DNA of 64,000 nucleotides from Antedon mediterranea (taxonomy: Eukaryota; Animalia; Echinodermata), in the NCBI RefSeq assembly GCF_964355755.1, contig NC_092675.1:7373812-7437811 (forward strand), given 5' to 3'. Position 1 is the first letter of the stretch. Every line of letters begins with the position of its first letter. Of the stretch, positions 62,601-64,000 are shown in pieces. The translations under genes were made by a program, and so were the position numbers. Below the pieces are notes generated by a model that was not told the origin of the DNA, made no database searches, and saw only the letters and a list, made by a program, of their open reading frames with translations.

Positions 62601-64000
62601 ACACAATTACAATAAGAGTGGGAGGAGATCAACCGCAACTACGACCAGTGATAGACTTTATGACCCAGGCCTTCCCGCAGGCTGTACTCAAAGAATTTCA
62701 TCATAACATGATGGAATTTCAGATACCCTCACCAAAGACATTCCTTTCAAAACTCTTTGGCAAGTTAGAGTCTTACAAGGAGCAGTTGAACATTGAAGAC
62801 TACTCAGTCAGTCAGACAACTCTAGATCAGGTATTTACATACCAATTATTGTGTCCTGTGGTTAAAAATGTAATATTAATCATCCTCGAATTCAGATTAT
62901 GTCCTCAATAGACCCACGACAGCCACAGTGCAGCAAGGACATATCATGATCAGCACACTGGTAGATTTTCTCTACACTTTATAGAATAGTGTATTATATA
63001 AATTAATATAACATTTTATAAGCCTGTAATGAAGCAGGGTTTGAAACTGAGAAAACACTTTGTTAGCTTGAGAATAATAATATGACTTAGTAAACGCAAC
63101 ATCTGTGAACGTTTTTGAAGGAAAATTGGACAAGTATTGGTCAAATAAGGACTTTAATACCATTCTGGGCTTTGAAGTATAACTGACTGTGGGTCACAAG
63201 AGGAAAACTATCCTATGTAATATATACCCACACACATGAAGTTTCAAGTCTTTATTGTGCATTGTCACAGGACCAACAGATTTACATCCAATCTGAAGGA
63301 CGATGTAATGAGAATAAAGTATCTTGCCTAAGGCTACAAGCAATTTAACAGGTCTTGAACCCTTGCCTCTTGTATTTGGTATTGAATAAATGAAAGTTAT
63401 AAACTTATTTGTATCTCAATCTATCATCATTATGCAAATACTTGATTATTTTCAGGTTTTTATAAGCTTTGCTAAGCAACAGAAAACAGGGGATGAATTA
63501 GCGTTTAATGCAGATAATACAGCACATGATGAACCTGTATCAAATCAAATACAACTCACCTCAGGTAAGCTGTCTAGCTAACATGCTGTATGATCTAGGC
63601 CTAATTTGTACTGTCATTTATGAACAGTAGATTGCTGTGTTATTCTTGTTCTGTAAAATGTACTCAAACTGTAGCTTGGTTGTTATTCATGATGGCATTC
63701 AGGGTTTCGTTATAACGAAAACTGATGTTTCATTCTCTAGCTTTCGCTGGTCAACCGAAAGCTAGAGAATTAAACATAAGTTTTTCATTTTATTCAATTT
63801 ATTGTTGGATCATCAAAAAAGGAAATCCTATAAATTACTAATAAGAGATCCAGATGAACCTTTTCACAAATTATTTACATTACTTTATGTTCTCTTTTCA
63901 GATGGAGTACGATTTCACAATCGGCAAGTATCAGTAGAGGACTACAGTGGGTATTCCAACCCATTGTACAGTCAGACCATACCAGCAGCTGAACGGCCTA
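17580..64000 (+). CDS. ABCA1: ABCA1/ABCA4/ABCA7-like full-length ABC transporter (subfamily A); 47 coding exons in window, 3' end runs off window
   Basis: N-term [32 protein letters not shown]; [18 protein letters not shown]; NBD1 [40 protein letters not shown]; NBD2 [43 protein letters not shown]; [12 protein letters not shown]. All exons join in frame with GT-AG introns. The symbol means ABCA1-like; exact orthology needs a tree. Confidence 0.95.
17697..17872. mobile_element. MITE family A (reverse orientation)
   Basis: Same TIR; internal tatggtagtgatat repeats. Confidence 0.8.
18184..18277 (+). CDS. ABCA coding exon 2 (TM1)
   Basis: [22 protein letters not shown]..., cag/gtaagt, 94 nt. 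Confidence 0.92.
18303..18459. mobile_element. Harbinger-like MITE family C (partial copy at ~42662-42740)
   Basis: aggccaattttcacagac...gtctgtgtaaattggtct. Confidence 0.65.
19487..19628 (+). CDS. ABCA coding exon 3
   Basis: [22 protein letters not shown]..., tag/gtaaga, 142 nt. Confidence 0.92.
21618..21797. mobile_element. Small MITE, CAG...CTG termini
   Basis: cagtccttca / tgaaggactg; internal gagagcaa/ttgctctc repeats. Confidence 0.55.
22368..22516 (+). CDS. ABCA coding exon 4
   Basis: [16 protein letters not shown]...PSNLPQ, phase 2 to 1. Confidence 0.85.
26034..26155 (+). CDS. ABCA coding exon 5 (ECD1 module A1)
   Basis: [41 protein letters not shown], cag/gtaagt, 122 nt; not in ORF track frame. 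Confidence 0.85.
26212..26359. mobile_element. MITE family A
   Basis: Same TIR and interior. Confidence 0.8.
27496..27632. mobile_element. MITE family A
   Basis: TAA TSD on both sides. Confidence 0.8.
28991..29511. mobile_element. ~500-bp MITE family B (AGGGACTTT TIR), copy 1
   Basis: agggactt...aaagtccct termini; interior matches 56016-56515. Confidence 0.8.
29726..29889. mobile_element. MITE family A (reverse orientation)
   Basis: Same TIR and interior. Confidence 0.8.
30207..30400 (+). mobile_element. Helentron/HINE-like fragment (head also at ~57277)
   Basis: ttacctccgccgaggaggt head followed by gtttgtttgttagcaggattactcaaaaa. Confidence 0.55.
30642..30839 (+). CDS. ABCA coding exon 6 (ECD1 module B1)
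   Basis: [21 protein letters not shown]...QIIGG, cag/gtaagt, 198 nt. Confidence 0.85.
31157..31223. repeat. ~33-bp tandem duplication
   Basis: tatttaagagttaaccccatccccataaaagagg twice. Confidence 0.85.
31391..31502 (+). CDS. ABCA coding exon 7 (linker)
   Basis: [37 protein letters not shown], phase 0 to 1. Confidence 0.8.
31961..32085 (+). CDS. ABCA coding exon 8 (ECD1 module A2)
   Basis: [42 protein letters not shown], cag/gtaaga. Confidence 0.87.
32548..32745 (+). CDS. ABCA coding exon 9 (ECD1 module B2)
   Basis: [21 protein letters not shown]...ATTLLKL, tag/gtaagt, 198 nt. Confidence 0.87.
34094..34159 (+). CDS. ABCA coding exon 10
   Basis: [22 protein letters not shown], tag/gtttgt. 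Confidence 0.75.
34604..34847 (+). CDS. ABCA coding exon 11
   Basis: [10 protein letters not shown]...LVCGG...ALDNY, phase 0 to 1. Confidence 0.85.
35298..35503. mobile_element. MITE family A (with internal insertions)
   Basis: TAA TSD on both sides. Confidence 0.75.
35552..35688 (+). CDS. ABCA coding exon 12
   Basis: ...[24 protein letters not shown] (ABCA KPLLxGxxLYTPD motif). Confidence 0.9.
36449..36565 (+). CDS. ABCA coding exon 13
   Basis: [23 protein letters not shown]..., 117 nt. Confidence 0.88.
36730..36843. mobile_element. MITE family A, 5' truncated
   Basis: Interior repeats plus right TIR. Confidence 0.7.
36921..37103 (+). CDS. ABCA coding exon 14
   Basis: KQLQNPVVR...[22 protein letters not shown]. 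Confidence 0.88.
37410..41457. mobile_element. Long-TIR DNA transposon (Academ-like), probably non-autonomous, in ABCA intron 14
   Basis: Termini tagactagtccagat / atctggactagtcta; ~400-bp inverted arms (37410-37810 vs ~41055-41457); ~165-bp subterminal tandem units; TAA on both flanks. Confidence 0.7.
40143..40295 (+). mobile_element. tRNA-headed repeat (body homologous to 23500-23720)
   Basis: ggtctaatggttag...ggtttgaatctcgg A/B boxes; no intact cloverleaf. Confidence 0.5.
41715..41808 (+). CDS. ABCA coding exon 15
   Basis: [17 protein letters not shown]...FWAG. Confidence 0.9.
42140..42362 (-). mobile_element. tRNA-derived SINE (copies ~41458-41547 and ~63250-63365)
   Basis: Minus strand A box tggcgcagt and B box ggttcgaatcc, followed by ggcaagatacttt body. 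Confidence 0.75.
42436..42547 (+). CDS. ABCA coding exon 16
   Basis: IIF...[18 protein letters not shown]. Confidence 0.92.
43238..43417 (+). CDS. ABCA coding exon 17
   Basis: YWSPGPR...GFVYIQD...[11 protein letters not shown]. Confidence 0.93.
43954..44176 (+). CDS. ABCA coding exon 18
   Basis: [13 protein letters not shown]...[18 protein letters not shown], 223 nt. Confidence 0.95.
44627..44848 (+). CDS. ABCA coding exon 19
   Basis: LLYSDP...[11 protein letters not shown], 222 nt. Confidence 0.95.
45224..45431 (+). CDS. ABCA coding exon 20
   Basis: [11 protein letters not shown]...GVQW...WYIEAVFP. Confidence 0.95.
46130..46410 (-). mobile_element. CR1-type LINE 3' fragment
   Basis: FRIINGLD...[10 protein letters not shown]...[23 protein letters not shown], typical of the CR1 ORF2 C-terminus. 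Confidence 0.8.
46571..46690. mobile_element. pogo/Tigger-like MITE fragment (others ~27955-28100, 31514-31580, 34367, 50760-50840, 57550-57600)
   Basis: TA|cagtagaac...gggacacctctattcaagggacac motif repeated across the window. Confidence 0.55.
47568..47681 (+). CDS. ABCA coding exon 21
   Basis: [20 protein letters not shown], 114 nt. Confidence 0.93.
47872..48052 (+). CDS. ABCA coding exon 22 (NBD1 Walker A)
   Basis: [20 protein letters not shown]. Confidence 0.96.
48670..48801 (+). CDS. ABCA coding exon 23
   Basis: [12 protein letters not shown]...[11 protein letters not shown], 132 nt. Confidence 0.96.
49050..49186 (+). CDS. ABCA coding exon 24
   Basis: [15 protein letters not shown]...KNLS. 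Confidence 0.95.
49295..49456. mobile_element. MITE family A
   Basis: Same TIR and interior; supplies the spurious N-terminus of ORF 49335..49685. Confidence 0.8.
49501..49638 (+). CDS. ABCA coding exon 25 (signature/Walker B)
   Basis: GGMKRKLS...[16 protein letters not shown], 138 nt. Confidence 0.96.
50027..50268 (+). CDS. ABCA coding exon 26
   Basis: [23 protein letters not shown]...[12 protein letters not shown]. Confidence 0.95.
50383..50503 (+). CDS. ABCA coding exon 27
   Basis: [19 protein letters not shown]..., tag/gtaagt, phase 0 to 1. Confidence 0.82.
50575..50756. mobile_element. Nested-palindrome MITE
   Basis: 19-bp outer IR aataaggtttatcgcaaat; 31-bp inner IR 50611-50641/50669-50699. 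Confidence 0.7.
50989..51206 (+). CDS. ABCA coding exon 28
   Basis: ...[11 protein letters not shown]. Confidence 0.95.
51784..51958 (+). CDS. ABCA coding exon 29 (possible alternative donor after 51829)
   Basis: [12 protein letters not shown]...LLDDD. Confidence 0.85.
52470..52852 (+). mobile_element. L2/Crack-type LINE 3' fragment
   Basis: HHHHTRS...LWNNLPSTI (frameshifted), T-rich 3'UTR, AATAAA ~52830. Confidence 0.6.
53147..53301 (+). CDS. ABCA coding exon 30
   Basis: ...[32 protein letters not shown]. Confidence 0.93.
53818..54041 (+). CDS. ABCA coding exon 31
   Basis: VVLPVAFVC...PGIGSRCM. Confidence 0.94.
54309..54539 (+). CDS. ABCA coding exon 32
   Basis: ...CNC...[11 protein letters not shown]...[10 protein letters not shown]. 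Confidence 0.93.
55176..55293 (+). CDS. ABCA coding exon 33
   Basis: RFGGFSF...LFPEA. Confidence 0.9.
55318..55465. mobile_element. MITE family A
   Basis: TTA TSD on both sides. Confidence 0.82.
55643..55726 (+). CDS. ABCA coding exon 34
   Basis: DPDLIPSVD...RYNAK. Confidence 0.88.
56016..56515. mobile_element. ~500-bp MITE family B, copy 2
   Basis: ATT|agggactttacgaaacac...gtgttttgtaaagtccct|ATT. Confidence 0.8.
56614..56780 (+). CDS. ABCA coding exon 35
   Basis: [12 protein letters not shown]...[12 protein letters not shown]. Confidence 0.95.
57079..57256 (+). CDS. ABCA coding exon 36
   Basis: [10 protein letters not shown]...[14 protein letters not shown]...NFCWD, 178 nt. Confidence 0.95.
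57730..57845 (+). CDS. ABCA coding exon 37
   Basis: INYAVPA...LLLMLYG, 116 nt. Confidence 0.94.
58711..58858 (+). CDS. ABCA coding exon 38
   Basis: [22 protein letters not shown]. Confidence 0.95.
59248..59371 (+). CDS. ABCA coding exon 39
   Basis: [20 protein letters not shown], 124 nt. Confidence 0.94.
59684..59816 (+). CDS. ABCA coding exon 40
   Basis: [14 protein letters not shown]...IQYNFFIKP. Confidence 0.94.
59932..60328. mobile_element. Harbinger-like MITE family D (fragment also ~58890-59045)
   Basis: TTA|gggcccatttaaactaggacgataacaatc...gattgttatcgtcttagtgtataatgggcct|TTA. Confidence 0.75.
60523..60646 (+). CDS. ABCA coding exon 41
   Basis: [12 protein letters not shown]...LENLTK. 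Confidence 0.94.
60946..61017 (+). CDS. ABCA coding exon 42
   Basis: [24 protein letters not shown]. Confidence 0.92.
61085..61420 (+). mobile_element. SINE with Nin/Deu-like core (3' part shared with 1578-1715; related 49730-49900 and, on minus, ~55835-55955)
   Basis: gtgcactttaaagaaccc...gagtagg...ttaccccggtgaactggttcacaaaatagccc, A-rich tail. Confidence 0.7.
61450..61698 (+). CDS. ABCA coding exon 43 (NBD2 Walker A)
   Basis: [21 protein letters not shown]...GYCPQFDA. Confidence 0.96.
61814..62145 (+). CDS. ABCA coding exon 44
   Basis: [10 protein letters not shown]...[10 protein letters not shown]...[10 protein letters not shown]; NAGNAG acceptor (taggag). Confidence 0.96.
62587..62830 (+). 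CDS. ABCA coding exon 45
   Basis: FGDGYT...[13 protein letters not shown], 244 nt. Confidence 0.96.
63456..63564 (+). CDS. ABCA coding exon 46
   Basis: VFISFAKQQ (VFVNFA-like motif), donor cag/gtaagc. Confidence 0.9.
63717..63786. repeat. Intronic hairpin/palindrome
   Basis: Perfect 15-bp IR attctctagctttcg 63732-63746 / 63756-63770, extending imperfectly. Confidence 0.75.
63902..64000 (+). CDS. ABCA coding exon 47 (partial, C-terminal extension)
   Basis: Strong acceptor tctcttttcag, phase 1 match, open frame [33 protein letters not shown] to window end. Confidence 0.72.

Overview
AT-rich eukaryotic (animal) genomic DNA. Spliceosomal introns, tRNA/Nin-type SINEs, abundant TAGGCCTA words and an ABCA intron layout close to that of vertebrates suggest an invertebrate deuterostome such as an echinoderm (inference). 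The main feature is a full-size ABCA1/4/7-like lipid transporter gene on the + strand. I traced 47 coding exons by hand from ATG 17580 to the window end (7357 coding nt, about 2450 aa, all GT-AG and phase-consistent; the stop codon lies beyond the window). Its first extracellular domain contains a tandemly duplicated exon pair, and its C-terminal extension carries a YxNPxY motif. Upstream is a small spliced gene missed by the ORF track (12891-13708) encoding a 120-aa signal-peptide protein with 8 Cys that I cannot assign to a family. The window also holds an uninterrupted endonuclease+RT ORF of a CR1/L2-group LINE (2624-5590), decayed LINE pieces, SINEs, many MITEs, a 4-kb long-TIR (Academ-like) element and 28-40-bp palindromes with 7-bp target duplications that resemble P-element excision footprints. 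Coordinates were read by eye; repeat boundaries are approximate.
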